Assembly (NCBI RefSeq): GCF_000008625.1
Contig: NC_000918.1
Location: 630,001-662,000 of the forward strand
DNA length: 32,000 nucleotides
Origin: Aquifex aeolicus VF5
GTDB taxonomy: Bacteria; Aquificota; Aquificia; Aquificales; Aquificaceae
Direction of reading: 5' to 3'
The first letter of the stretch is position 1. The number at the start of each line of letters is the position of its first letter. Below the pieces are notes generated by a model, which was given only the letters and a program-made list of their open reading frames with translations, made no database searches and was not told where the DNA came from. A program made the position numbers and the translations under genes. This document shows, piece by piece, positions 21,393 to 30,509 of this stretch.

Positions 21393-22250
21393 ATGTACTT
21401 TCAAGACATCATAATGACCCTTCACAAGTTCTGGGCTGAAAAGGGATGTTTAATCTGGCAACCCTACGACGTTGAAGTCGGTGCAGGGACAATGAACCCT
21501 GCCACTTTCCTGAAAGTTCTTGGTAAAAAGCCGTGGAACGTCGCATACGTTGAACCCTCAAGAAGGCCTCAGGACGGAAGGTACGGAGAAAACCCCAACA
21601 GACTCCAGCACTACTACCAGTTTCAGGTAATTTTAAAGCCCGCACCCCGAAATCCTCAGGAGATTTACCTTGAAAGCCTTGAAAGACTAGGCATAAATCC
21701 CCTGGAACACGACATAAGGTTCGTGGAAGACGACTGGGAATCTCCTACCTTGGGAGCATGGGGACTCGGCTGGGAGGTCTGGCTTGACGGAATGGAAATA
21801 ACCCAGTTCACCTACTTCCAGCAGGCGGGAGGACTTGACCTTGACGAGATATCCGTTGAGATCACTTACGGACTGGAAAGGATAGCGATGTACATACAGG
21901 ATAAAGACAGCGTTTTTGACATAGAGTGGAAAGAGGGAATAACCTACGGCGAGATATTCAAGCGTTCGGAGTGGGAGTGGAGCAAGTACAACTTTGAACT
22001 TGCAGACACGGATATGCTCTTTCAGGTTTACGAAATGTTTGAAAAGGAATCAAAAAGGATGGTTGAAGAAGGGCTTATATTCCCCGCTTATGACTACCTC
22101 CTGAAGTGTTCCCACGTGTTTAACATACTGGACGCAAGAGGAGCTATTTCCGTTCAGGAGAGGGCGAGGTACATAAGGAGGATGAACAACCTTGCAAGGG
22201 AAATAGCAAAGCTCTATCTTCAAGTCTTTGAAAATGTTGGAGCAACTTGA
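21393..22250 (+). CDS. glyQ: glycine--tRNA ligase alpha subunit
   Basis: 285 aa. FWAEKGC...[30 protein letters not shown] and [11 protein letters not shown]. Confidence 0.95.
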
Positions 22251-22893
22251 AAAAAAACTCGGCTACACCTTTAAGGATAAATCTCTACTCGAAAAAGCCT
22301 TAACCCACGTATCTTACTCAAAAAAAGAACACTACGAAACTCTTGAGTTCCTCGGCGATGCCCTCGTGAATTTTTTTATAGTTGACCTTCTGGTTCAGTA
22401 TTCCCCCAACAAAAGGGAAGGCTTTTTATCTCCCTTGAAAGCTTACCTCATAAGTGAAGAGTTTTTTAATTTACTCGCTCAAAAACTGGAACTTCATAAA
22501 TTCATAAGAATAAAGAGAGGAAAGATAAACGAAACAATTATAGGAGACGTATTTGAAGCTCTTTGGGCAGCGGTTTACATAGATTCGGGAAGGGACGCAA
22601 ACTTCACACGGGAACTTTTTTACAAACTTTTTAAAGAAGATATACTGAGTGCTATAAAAGAGGGAAGAGTAAAAAAAGATTACAAAACGATACTTCAGGA
22701 GATCACTCAAAAACGATGGAAGGAAAGACCGGAATACAGACTCATAAGTGTTGAAGGTCCTCACCATAAAAAGAAGTTCATAGTGGAAGCAAAAATAAAA
22801 GAGTACCGAACACTCGGCGAAGGAAAGAGCAAAAAGGAAGCTGAACAAAGGGCAGCCGAGGAATTAATTAAATTACTGGAGGAATCAGAATGA
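22228..22893 (+). CDS. rnc: ribonuclease III
   Basis: 221 aa. ALTHVSY...ETLEFLGDA catalytic signature and a C-terminal dsRBD (GPHHKKKF...[14 protein letters not shown]). Confidence 0.9.
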
Positions 22894-23819
22894 AAAAAGG
22901 AGTAATACTTATAAACCTCGGCGGACCTGATTCTCTGGAAGCGGTAGAGCCGTTCCTTTATAACCTTTTCTCAGATCCAGATATTTTCTCCTTACCCTTT
23001 CAAAAAGTTCTCGCAAAAATAATCGCAAAGTTAAGGGCTAAAAAAACGAGACATTACTACGAGCTTATGGGAGGAAAGTCTCCCCAATACGAACAAACCC
23101 TTGAACAGGCTAAAGCACTTCAGGAAAGACTAGGAGAAGATTACAAGGTAGTTGTGGGAATGAGATACTGGAAACCTTACATAAAAGACGCACTTTCTGA
23201 ACTCCTGAAGGAAGGAATAAACGAAGTAATACTCCTTCCCCTGTACCCCCAGTACAGCAAAACGACAACTGGTTCCGCTTTTAACGAGTTTGAAAGGAGC
23301 AAAAAAGCCCTCAAAGCGGACCACATTAAAGTTAAGAAAATAGAACACTTTTACGACCACCCCCTCTATATAAAGGCGTGGGCCGAGCAGATAAAACAGA
23401 GCGTTGAAAAGCCCGAAGAATACCATTTTCTCTTTTCCGCCCACAGCCTTCCCAAGAAATTGATAGAAGAAGGAGACCCTTATCAGGAACAAACCGAAAA
23501 AACGGTAAAACTCATTATGGAAAATTTCCCTGAAGTAGAATACACGCTTGCTTACCAGAGTAAAGTGGGTTTCGGAAAGTGGCTCGAACCCTCAACAGAC
23601 GAAGTAATCAGAAACCTGATTAAGAAAGAAGTTAAAAAGTTATTAGTTATTCCCATATCCTTTGTTTCCGAACACAGCGAAACCCTTTACGAACTCGACA
23701 AACAATACAGAGAACTTGCCCAAGAACTGGGATACGAAGAATTCGTAAGAGTCCCTACTCTAAGAACAAACCCCTACTTCATATCTGCACTTGAAGATTT
23801 AGTAAAAAATGAAGTATAG
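22890..23819 (+). CDS. hemH: ferrochelatase
   Basis: 309 aa. ILINLGGPDSLEAVEPFLYNLFSDPDI, FSAHSLP and FVSEHSETLYELD. ATGA overlap with rnc. Confidence 0.9.
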   Translation: MKKGVILINLGGPDSLEAVEPFLYNLFSDPDIFSLPFQKVLAKIIAKLRAKKTRHYYELMGGKSPQYEQTLEQAKALQERLGEDYKVVVGMRYWKPYIKDALSELLKEGINEVILLPLYPQYSKTTTGSAFNEFERSKKALKADHIKVKKIEHFYDHPLYIKAWAEQIKQSVEKPEEYHFLFSAHSLPKKLIEEGDPYQEQTEKTVKLIMENFPEVEYTLAYQSKVGFGKWLEPSTDEVIRNLIKKEVKKLLVIPISFVSEHSETLYELDKQYRELAQELGYEEFVRVPTLRTNPYFISALEDLVKNEV

Positions 23820-23855
23820 TAAAATTAAGTAAAGGGCTTTTTTAGCCCTCTCGTG

Positions 23856-24091
23856 GCTCCTTGGCAACTGAATAGGGTTTATGGGTCTTGATAAGTGATG
23901 CTTTGATGATGTGATGAAATGAAATCATGATGTGATATGATTGAAGTGATTGAAAATCAAGGGTAAAAATTTTATAAAGGCATACTCAATTTTGCAGAAC
24001 CTCGGGTTAGCGGAAATTAACATTCGTTTCATTAAGGTCAGAAGTCTAATAAGTTATTTATAAAGCGTTTTTTTAGACACAGGCGTGCAGG
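23856..24091 (+). repeat. CRISPR leader, copy B
   Basis: Identical to 19832-20067 except at one position. Begins 37 nt after the hemH stop. Confidence 0.8.
23950..23978 (+). promoter_or_regulatory. predicted sigma70-type promoter inside leader B (TTGAAA-17 nt-TATAAA)
   Basis: Same sequence as in leader A. -35 at 23950-23955 and -10 at 23973-23978. Confidence 0.4.
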
Positions 24092-24256
24092 GTTCCTAAT
24101 GTACCATAGAGGAGTTGAAACGTCGTCTATGAAGTCGTAAGCCTCTTTAAGTTTTTGTTTAGTTCCTAATGTACCGTGCGGAGCTTAAACTTTTATCATG
24201 TATGTACAGGATTATTTGAATCTTGTGGTTATGCCCTAATAATGAGGGATTGTGAT
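24092..24256 (+). CRISPR. mini CRISPR array: 3 repeats and 2 spacers
   Basis: R1 24092-24121 GTTCCTAATGTACCATAGAGGAGTTGAAAC. Spacer 1 is 24122-24161 (40 nt). R2 24162-24190 GTTCCTAATGTACCGTGCGGAGCTTAAAC. Spacer 2 is 24191-24227 (37 nt). R3 24228-24256 GTTATGCCCTAATAATGAGGGATTGTGAT is a variant terminal repeat. Confidence 0.8.
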
Positions 24257-24538
24257 TCCATAACATTCCGTATTGACGAATGCCCTGTTCCCCTCCTGAG
24301 CATAAAGAATGCTTACCTGAAAGTTAATGAAATATCTCCCGAAGACTTTGTTGATAGAATTAAGCATTCCGGCTATCTTTCAATGCTAAGAAAAGGGGAA
24401 TTAATTAAAACTTTAGAATGTGATTTTAATCTAAATTTAAGAAAAAAGTGCGAGAAAAATCTGGAAAAAGGAGACAAGGCTATATTAATAATCCATGAAG
24501 AAAAGGAATTAAAGTTTTTCGATATTGAGGTCTTGTAA
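24242..24538 (+). CDS. hypothetical protein (98 aa), doubtful
   Basis: Open frame downstream of the array. Its first ATG lies inside the terminal repeat, there is no obvious SD, it is K/E/L-rich, and it ends 3 nt before the convergent pheA stop. Confidence 0.3.
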   Translation: MRDCDSITFRIDECPVPLLSIKNAYLKVNEISPEDFVDRIKHSGYLSMLRKGELIKTLECDFNLNLRKKCEKNLEKGDKAILIIHEEKELKFFDIEVL

Positions 24539-24541
24539 ACT

Positions 24542-25630
24542 TTACTCCTGAAGCAAGGCCTTGGGGTAAGAACCGAGAACCTTCAGGAATTGGGTTTTTT
24601 CTTTGAGTTCTTTCAATGCCTTTTCTACTCTCTCTTCTTCCTTGTGTCCTTCTAAATCTACGAAAAAGACGTAATCCCAAGCCTTCTTCTTTGATGGTCT
24701 TGATTCGATCTTGGTTAAGTTAATTCCGTGTTTGTAAAAGACTTCTAAGGCTTTGTAGAGAGCTCCGGGCTCGTCTTTTACACCGAAAAGTATGCTCGTC
24801 TTATCGCTTCCCGTGGGTTTTAAATCCCTCTTCGCTATAACTAAGAACCTCGTGAAGTTGTCTCCCGAATCCTGAATGTTTCTTGCGAGTATGTTGAGGT
24901 GGTAAGTGTAGGCCGCAACTTCCGAGGCTACGGCTCCAGCTCTCTCATCTTCAAGGGCGATTTCACAAGCTTTTGCGGTGCTCTCTACTTCTATAACCTG
25001 TACACTCGGAAGATTTTTCTCAAGCCAACTCCTGCACTGGGCAAGGGCCATTTTATGGGAATAAACCTTTTCAACGTTTTCTATACTATCCGAAGCCGAG
25101 AGCAAGTGTAGCGTTATGGGTATCACTATCTCTCCCGCAATCTTTACGTCACTTTCCAGGAACATGTCAAGGGTGTAATTAACTACTCCCTCTATCGTGT
25201 TTTCCACGGGAACTACGCCGTAATCCGCCCTTTTCGTTTCCACTTCCACGAACACGTCCCTTATGGTGGAACATGGTGTGTAGTGAGCAGAAAATCCGAA
25301 AAACTCAAGGGCAGCTTGATGGGTAAATGTAGCCTTTGGACCAAGGTAGGCTACTTTTATTTTCTTTTCTAAGGAAAGACAAGCGGAGATAATCTCCCTG
25401 TATATGTGAACGAGTGCCTCTTGAGGAAAAACACCGCCGTAAACTTCTTTGTTAAGCCTCAGTATTTTTTCAAAAATTTCCCTTTCCCTTTCGGGGACGT
25501 GTATGGGGAGGTTTGCCTTTGACTTTATTTCCCCTATCCTCTTTGCAAGCTTTGCCCTTTCGTTTAAGAGCCTGAGTATCTCTTCGTCTATCCTGTCTAT
25601 CTCTTTTCTGAGTTCCTTTAGCTCTTCCAT
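24542..25630 (-). CDS. pheA: bifunctional chorismate mutase / prephenate dehydratase (P-protein)
   Basis: 362 aa. N-terminal AroQ helix LRKEIDRIDEEILRLLNERAKLA, a PDT domain (GPKATFTHQAA, NFTRFLV), and an ACT domain with TKIESRPSKK. Confidence 0.9.
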   Translation of the reverse strand: MEELKELRKEIDRIDEEILRLLNERAKLAKRIGEIKSKANLPIHVPEREREIFEKILRLNKEVYGGVFPQEALVHIYREIISACLSLEKKIKVAYLGPKATFTHQAALEFFGFSAHYTPCSTIRDVFVEVETKRADYGVVPVENTIEGVVNYTLDMFLESDVKIAGEIVIPITLHLLSASDSIENVEKVYSHKMALAQCRSWLEKNLPSVQVIEVESTAKACEIALEDERAGAVASEVAAYTYHLNILARNIQDSGDNFTRFLVIAKRDLKPTGSDKTSILFGVKDEPGALYKALEVFYKHGINLTKIESRPSKKKAWDYVFFVDLEGHKEEERVEKALKELKEKTQFLKVLGSYPKALLQE

Positions 25631-25684
25631 TCCAGACTTAAAATTTTATGTTAAAATAACCTCTCTCGTAAAAGGAGGCATCGC

Positions 25685-26040
<356 letters not shown>

Positions 26041-26041
<1 letters not shown>

Positions 26042-27057
26042 TGGAAAAGCTCGACAAAATCCTCGAGGAGTTAAAATTACTCCTCTCTTCTGTCTCTTCC
26101 CTTAAAGAACTTCAAGAAGTAAGGAGCAAGTTCTTAGGGAGTAAGGGTGTCATAAAGGAGCTTCTCAAGAAAATCAAGGAAGTTCCCTCCGAAGAGAGGA
26201 AGGAGTACGGAAAAAGAGTTAACCTACTCAAGGAAGAGGCTGAAAAGCTAATAAAGGAAAAGGAAGAGGAACTCAAGGAAAGGGAACTTGAAGAAAAGCT
26301 AAAAGGCGAATGGGTTGACCTGAGCATTCCTCCGGCTAGGACTGTAGGTTCTCTTCACCCCATAACAGTTACGCTCGAGAGGATTGTGACGATATTCAGA
26401 GGAATGGGATTTGAGGTTGAGGAAGGTCCCGAGGTAGAGAGGGAAGAGTATAACTTTGATATGCTCAACATTCCCAAGGAACACCCTGCAAGGGACATGC
26501 AGGATACTTTTTACGTAAACAGGGAGGGCTACCTTCTGAGGACTCACACCTCTCCCGTCCAGATAAGAACCATGCTCAAGAAAAAGCCTCCCATCCAGAT
26601 AATAGCCCCCGGGAAGGTTTACAGGAGGGACGACGATCCCACTCACTCTCCTATGTTCCATCAGGTTGAAGGGCTTGTTGTAAACGAGTATGCAAACTTC
26701 AGACACATGAAGTACGTAATTGAGGAATTCCTGAAGAAGTTCTTTGAAACTGACCTTCCTGTGAGGTTCAGAACCTCATACTTTCCCTTCACGGAGCCCT
26801 CCGCGGAAGTTGACATAGGTTGTGTTATATGTCATCAGGAGGGTTGCAGGGTTTGTAAACATACGGGATGGCTTGAAGTAATGGGTTGCGGAATGGTTCA
26901 CCCTAAGGTTCTCGAAAACTGCGGTATAGACACGGATTTTTACCAGGGATTTGCCTTCGGAATGGGTGTTGAGAGACTCGCGATGCTCCTCTTTGGCATA
27001 GATAACATAAAGCTCTTTTACGAAAACGACCTCAGGTTCATAAAGCAGTTCTTCTGA
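26041..27057 (+). CDS. pheS: phenylalanine--tRNA ligase alpha subunit
   Basis: Class II motifs HPARDMQDTFY, FRTSYFPFTEPSAEVD and GFAFGMGVERLAML. The ATG at 26041 overlaps the rplT TGA. A GTG at 26038 is an alternative start. Confidence 0.95.
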
Positions 27058-27065
27058 AGGTTAAA

Positions 27066-27836
27066 ATGAGAAAGCAGATCGTAGAACTATTTTTAATAAT
27101 CCTCGCTGTTTTATTCATAAGGGAGTACATAGCACAGGCTTACACCATTCCCTCCGCATCTATGGAGCCTACCCTTCTCGTAGGAGATTTCATACTGGTG
27201 AACAAACTCGTTTACTCGCTCTCTGAACCCATGCGGGGGGATATGATAGTATTCAAGTATCCAAAGAATCCCGACATAGACTTCATAAAACGCATAATTG
27301 CAAGGGGCGGGGATACCGTTGAGTTCTTTCCTTACTACGATGAGAAAAACAACGTCCTTATATACAAGGTTGCGGTAAACGGAAAGCTTTACGAACTCAC
27401 CTACGAAGGGGAAAAGAACTATTCCTACGACTGCTACCAGTACAGAGAAAAGCTCTACAGGGAAGACGGAGAAGTTATACAGCACAGCGTGTGTTTCAGG
27501 AATACACTTTTAAAAGTACCAGGGATGGTCTATAACGCGATAAGTTCTGATCTCTGTCTGAAGTACAACGAAGACGGCTTTTGCGTTAAGTTTGTAGTGC
27601 CCGAAGGCTACTACTTCGTAATGGGGGACAACAGGGACAACAGTCAGGACAGCAGGTTCTGGGGTTTTGTGCCGAGGGAAAACATAGAGGGTAAAGCTTT
27701 CGTGATTTACTACTCCGGAAAGGTCCCGTCTCTCACTCCCGAAGAGGCTAATCCCCTTACGGCGGTAAGACAGATAATTTACGCTCTGCTGAATCCGAGA
27801 CCTTCAAGAATAGGTAAGCCTTTGATAGACAAGTGA
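27066..27836 (+). CDS. lepB: signal peptidase I
   Basis: N-terminal TM segment, catalytic IPSASMEPTL, IKRIIARGGDTV, and GDNRDNSQDSRFWGFVP. Confidence 0.85.
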   Translation: MRKQIVELFLIILAVLFIREYIAQAYTIPSASMEPTLLVGDFILVNKLVYSLSEPMRGDMIVFKYPKNPDIDFIKRIIARGGDTVEFFPYYDEKNNVLIYKVAVNGKLYELTYEGEKNYSYDCYQYREKLYREDGEVIQHSVCFRNTLLKVPGMVYNAISSDLCLKYNEDGFCVKFVVPEGYYFVMGDNRDNSQDSRFWGFVPRENIEGKAFVIYYSGKVPSLTPEEANPLTAVRQIIYALLNPRPSRIGKPLIDK

Positions 27837-28306
27837 TGGAACTCCGAATTGGTTTTGGTTTTGACTCTCACGAATTTGTAGAAGGAAAGTTATTAATTCT
27901 AGGCGGAGTGGAAATTGAAAAAGATTATGGACTGAAGGGGCACTCGGACGGGGACGCCCTTCTCCACGCTATAACGGACGCCATTCTCGGAGCCCTCGGA
28001 GAGAGGGACATAGGTGAGATTTTTAAGGACACGGATCCGAGATGGAAAAACGCACCTTCGCGGATTTTCCTTGAAAAGGCTCTGGAAGTAATGAGTGAAA
28101 AAGGATTTAACATATCAAATATCGACTGCGTAATTGTTGCAGACAGACCGAAGATAGCACCTCACAAGGAAAGGATAAAGGAAAGTCTTTCAAAACTCCT
28201 CGGCATTCCGAAGGAAAGGATTTCCTTAAAAGGAAAGAGGAGAGAGGGTTTTTGTGAAGGAAACGGACTCGTGTGTATGTGTACGGTGTTGCTCGTTAAA
28301 ATGTAA
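27836..28306 (+). CDS. ispF: 2-C-methyl-D-erythritol 2,4-cyclodiphosphate synthase
   Basis: IGFGFDSHEF and GHSDGDALLHAITDA motifs. The ATG overlaps the lepB TGA by 1 nt. A GTG at 27833 is an alternative start. Confidence 0.9.
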   Translation: MELRIGFGFDSHEFVEGKLLILGGVEIEKDYGLKGHSDGDALLHAITDAILGALGERDIGEIFKDTDPRWKNAPSRIFLEKALEVMSEKGFNISNIDCVIVADRPKIAPHKERIKESLSKLLGIPKERISLKGKRREGFCEGNGLVCMCTVLLVKM

Positions 28307-28312
28307 ATACCC

Positions 28313-28803
28313 ATGGAAAATTTCCTCAGCTTCTTCAGGATACTGATAACCTTTCCGGTAGTCTTTCTTATACTGGAGAAAGAATTTTTCCTCGCCTTCT
28401 GGCTTTATTTGGTAGGAGCTCTGACCGACTGGTTTGACGGAAACCTTGCGAGAAAGAATAAAAGAGTTTCAAACTTTGGGAAACTCCTCGATCCTTACGC
28501 GGATAAGGTTTTTGTCCTGCTTCCCTTAATAGCCCTCGTAGAGGTAAAGAAGGTAAAGGCAATCTGGGTAATACTCCTTACATTCAGGGAACTGAGTATT
28601 TCCTTTTTCAGGAGCGTTATGGTAGAAAAGGGGATTTACATGGAAGCAAGCTTCACGGGAAAGCTGAAAGCCTTTCTTGAGTTCAGCGCTATATCCCTCA
28701 TACTCCTCGGTGTTGAGCTCGGGAATTACCTTTTGATCCTCGCCGTGATATTTGCCTACATCTCCGCTTCGGGTACCTCAAAAGGTTCTGGGCTCTCATT
28801 TAA
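28313..28803 (+). CDS. pgsA: CDP-diacylglycerol--glycerol-3-phosphate 3-phosphatidyltransferase, with an apparent frame change near 28766-28768
   Basis: CDP-alcohol transferase motif TDWFDGNLARKNKRVSNFGKLLDPYADK. The raw ORF runs to 29230, antisense to nadE. A -1 frame gives a natural C-terminus (FGYLKRFWALI) stopping at 28801-28803. Confidence 0.7.
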
Positions 28804-30499
28804 AGAACTTGTTCGTTACGGGCATCCTCCAGTCCTTTCCGAAAGCCCTGCTCGTGATCTTTGGTCCGATGGGTGCCTGCTTTCTCTTGTACTCGTTTTT
28901 CCTTATCATGTTTATGGTCTTGTACACCGCATCCCTCGGAAGTCCTTTCCTGATTATCTCTTCAGGGCTCAAGTTCTCCTCTATGTAAAGCATGAGTATT
29001 TGATCCAGTATCTCGTAAGGCGGGAGTACGTCCTGATCTGTCTGATTTGGTCTGAGCTCCGCCGAAGGCGGTTTTTTAAACACTCTTTCGGGAATATCGG
29101 GGCTTATGGAGTTTCTGTACCTTGCGAGTTTGTAAACCCACGTTTTGTAAACGTCTTTTATCGGGGCAAAACCTCCCGCCATGTCCCCGTATATGGTTGT
29201 GTAGCCCACTGCCGTTTCACTCTTGTTTGAAGTGGAAAGAACGAGATAACGGAACTTATTTGAAAAGTAAAAGAGGATGTTTGCCCTTATGCGTGCCTGT
29301 ATGTTTTCGTCGGCAACGTCAAAGGTAATTTCACATATTTCTTTCTCAAACTCGTTAAAGTAAGCCCTGTAAATTTCTTTTATCGGTATGACGTGAAACT
29401 CTATACCGAGGTTCTGGGCTAGGGCTTTAGCGTCCTCGTAACTCTCCTTTGAGGAAAACTGAGAGGGCATATACACACCTTTCACGTTTTCCCTTCCGAG
29501 GGCATCTACCGCAAGGCAGGCAACAAAAGAGCTGTCTATCCCACCCGAAAGCCCAAGGACAACCTTCTCAAATCCGTTTTTCCTAACGTAGTCCCTCAGA
29601 CTGAGCTTTAGAGCGGCGTAAATCTCCTCCTCTTCCTTTGGGTTTTCCTCAATCCTTCCTCTAAAAAACTCTTTATCGGGAAGAGAAACACTCCTTTTCA
29701 CGTTCACTTTTTCCCTTCCGTAACTCCCTTCCCTCCACCTCAGATCGAGAAGTCTCTTTCTCTTTGCTTCGCCGAGGTCCAAGGTAACGGTGAGTATGTC
29801 TTCTTCGAAAGCCTTTGCCCTCGCTACGAGTTTACCGAAGGGAGAAATTACGATACTCCTTCCGTCGAAAACGAGTTCGTCCTGCCCGCCCACGAGGTTC
29901 ACGTAAGCAACAAAACAGAGGTTATCCTCAGCCCTTGACTTTAAAAAGCTCTCTTTAAAGGAGTACTTGTTTACGTGGTAAGGTGAGGCGTTTACGTTTA
30001 CAATGAGTTCCGCTCCCGAGAGTGCGGTTTGCCTTTCAACTCCGTCGGGATACCATATGTCCTCGCATATGGAAAAGGAGACTTTATGCCCGTTTACCTC
30101 TATCATTAATGGTTCTTCTCCTTTCCTGAAGTACCTGTACTCGTCAAAAACGCTGTAATTGGGCAAAAAGTGTTTTTTATAAATCCCCAGAACTTCTCCT
30201 CTGTGTATTACCGCCAGGGCGTTGTAAAGGTCAAACTCGTAGTATGGCAGTCCAACAGCGACGATAACGTCGTAATTCCTCGTGTGGTGAATTATTTGAT
30301 CAAACGCTTTTTCACACTCTTTCAAGAAATGGGGTTGTAAAAGGAGGTCTTCGGGGGGATAACCGCTCAGGGAAAGTTCGGGAAAGGCTATTATGTGACT
30401 CTTTTCCGAGTACTCGTCTATAACCTTTAAAATCTTCTCTTTATTCCCTTCTACGTCTCCTACGGTAAAGTTGAGCTGGGCGAGCGTGAGGTTGAGCAT
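28796..30499 (-). CDS. nadE: glutamine-dependent NAD+ synthetase
   Basis: 567 aa. N-terminal CN-hydrolase domain (FPELSLSGYPPED, FSICEDIW) and a C-terminal PP-loop synthetase (GLSGGIDSS). Confidence 0.9.
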   Translation of the reverse strand: MLNLTLAQLNFTVGDVEGNKEKILKVIDEYSEKSHIIAFPELSLSGYPPEDLLLQPHFLKECEKAFDQIIHHTRNYDVIVAVGLPYYEFDLYNALAVIHRGEVLGIYKKHFLPNYSVFDEYRYFRKGEEPLMIEVNGHKVSFSICEDIWYPDGVERQTALSGAELIVNVNASPYHVNKYSFKESFLKSRAEDNLCFVAYVNLVGGQDELVFDGRSIVISPFGKLVARAKAFEEDILTVTLDLGEAKRKRLLDLRWREGSYGREKVNVKRSVSLPDKEFFRGRIEENPKEEEEIYAALKLSLRDYVRKNGFEKVVLGLSGGIDSSFVACLAVDALGRENVKGVYMPSQFSSKESYEDAKALAQNLGIEFHVIPIKEIYRAYFNEFEKEICEITFDVADENIQARIRANILFYFSNKFRYLVLSTSNKSETAVGYTTIYGDMAGGFAPIKDVYKTWVYKLARYRNSISPDIPERVFKKPPSAELRPNQTDQDVLPPYEILDQILMLYIEENLSPEEIIRKGLPRDAVYKTINMIRKNEYKRKQAPIGPKITSRAFGKDWRMPVTNKFFK

Positions 30500-30509
30500 T
30501 AAATAAATA

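Noticed and set aside
23833-23849. Hairpin AGGGCT-TTTTT-AGCCCT after hemH as an intrinsic terminator
   Set aside because: It has only a 6-bp stem and no downstream T-tract on the plus strand. The corresponding sequence at locus A (19821-19836) is imperfect. It is too weak to call.
24176-24241. N-terminal 22 codons of the 120-aa track ORF (start at 24176)
   Set aside because: This stretch is made of CRISPR repeat 2, spacer 2 and repeat 3, and the start is a GTG inside a repeat. It is not credible as coding sequence.
25631-25684. L20 autoregulatory leader or pheST attenuator
   Set aside because: The rplT leader is only 54 nt with a plain SD, and pheS overlaps the rplT stop. There is no space for an attenuator or leader peptide.
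28804-29230. C-terminal ~140 aa of the 305-aa pgsA track ORF
   Set aside because: The sequence is antisense to nadE and is not PgsA-like. An alternative frame ends naturally at 28803.
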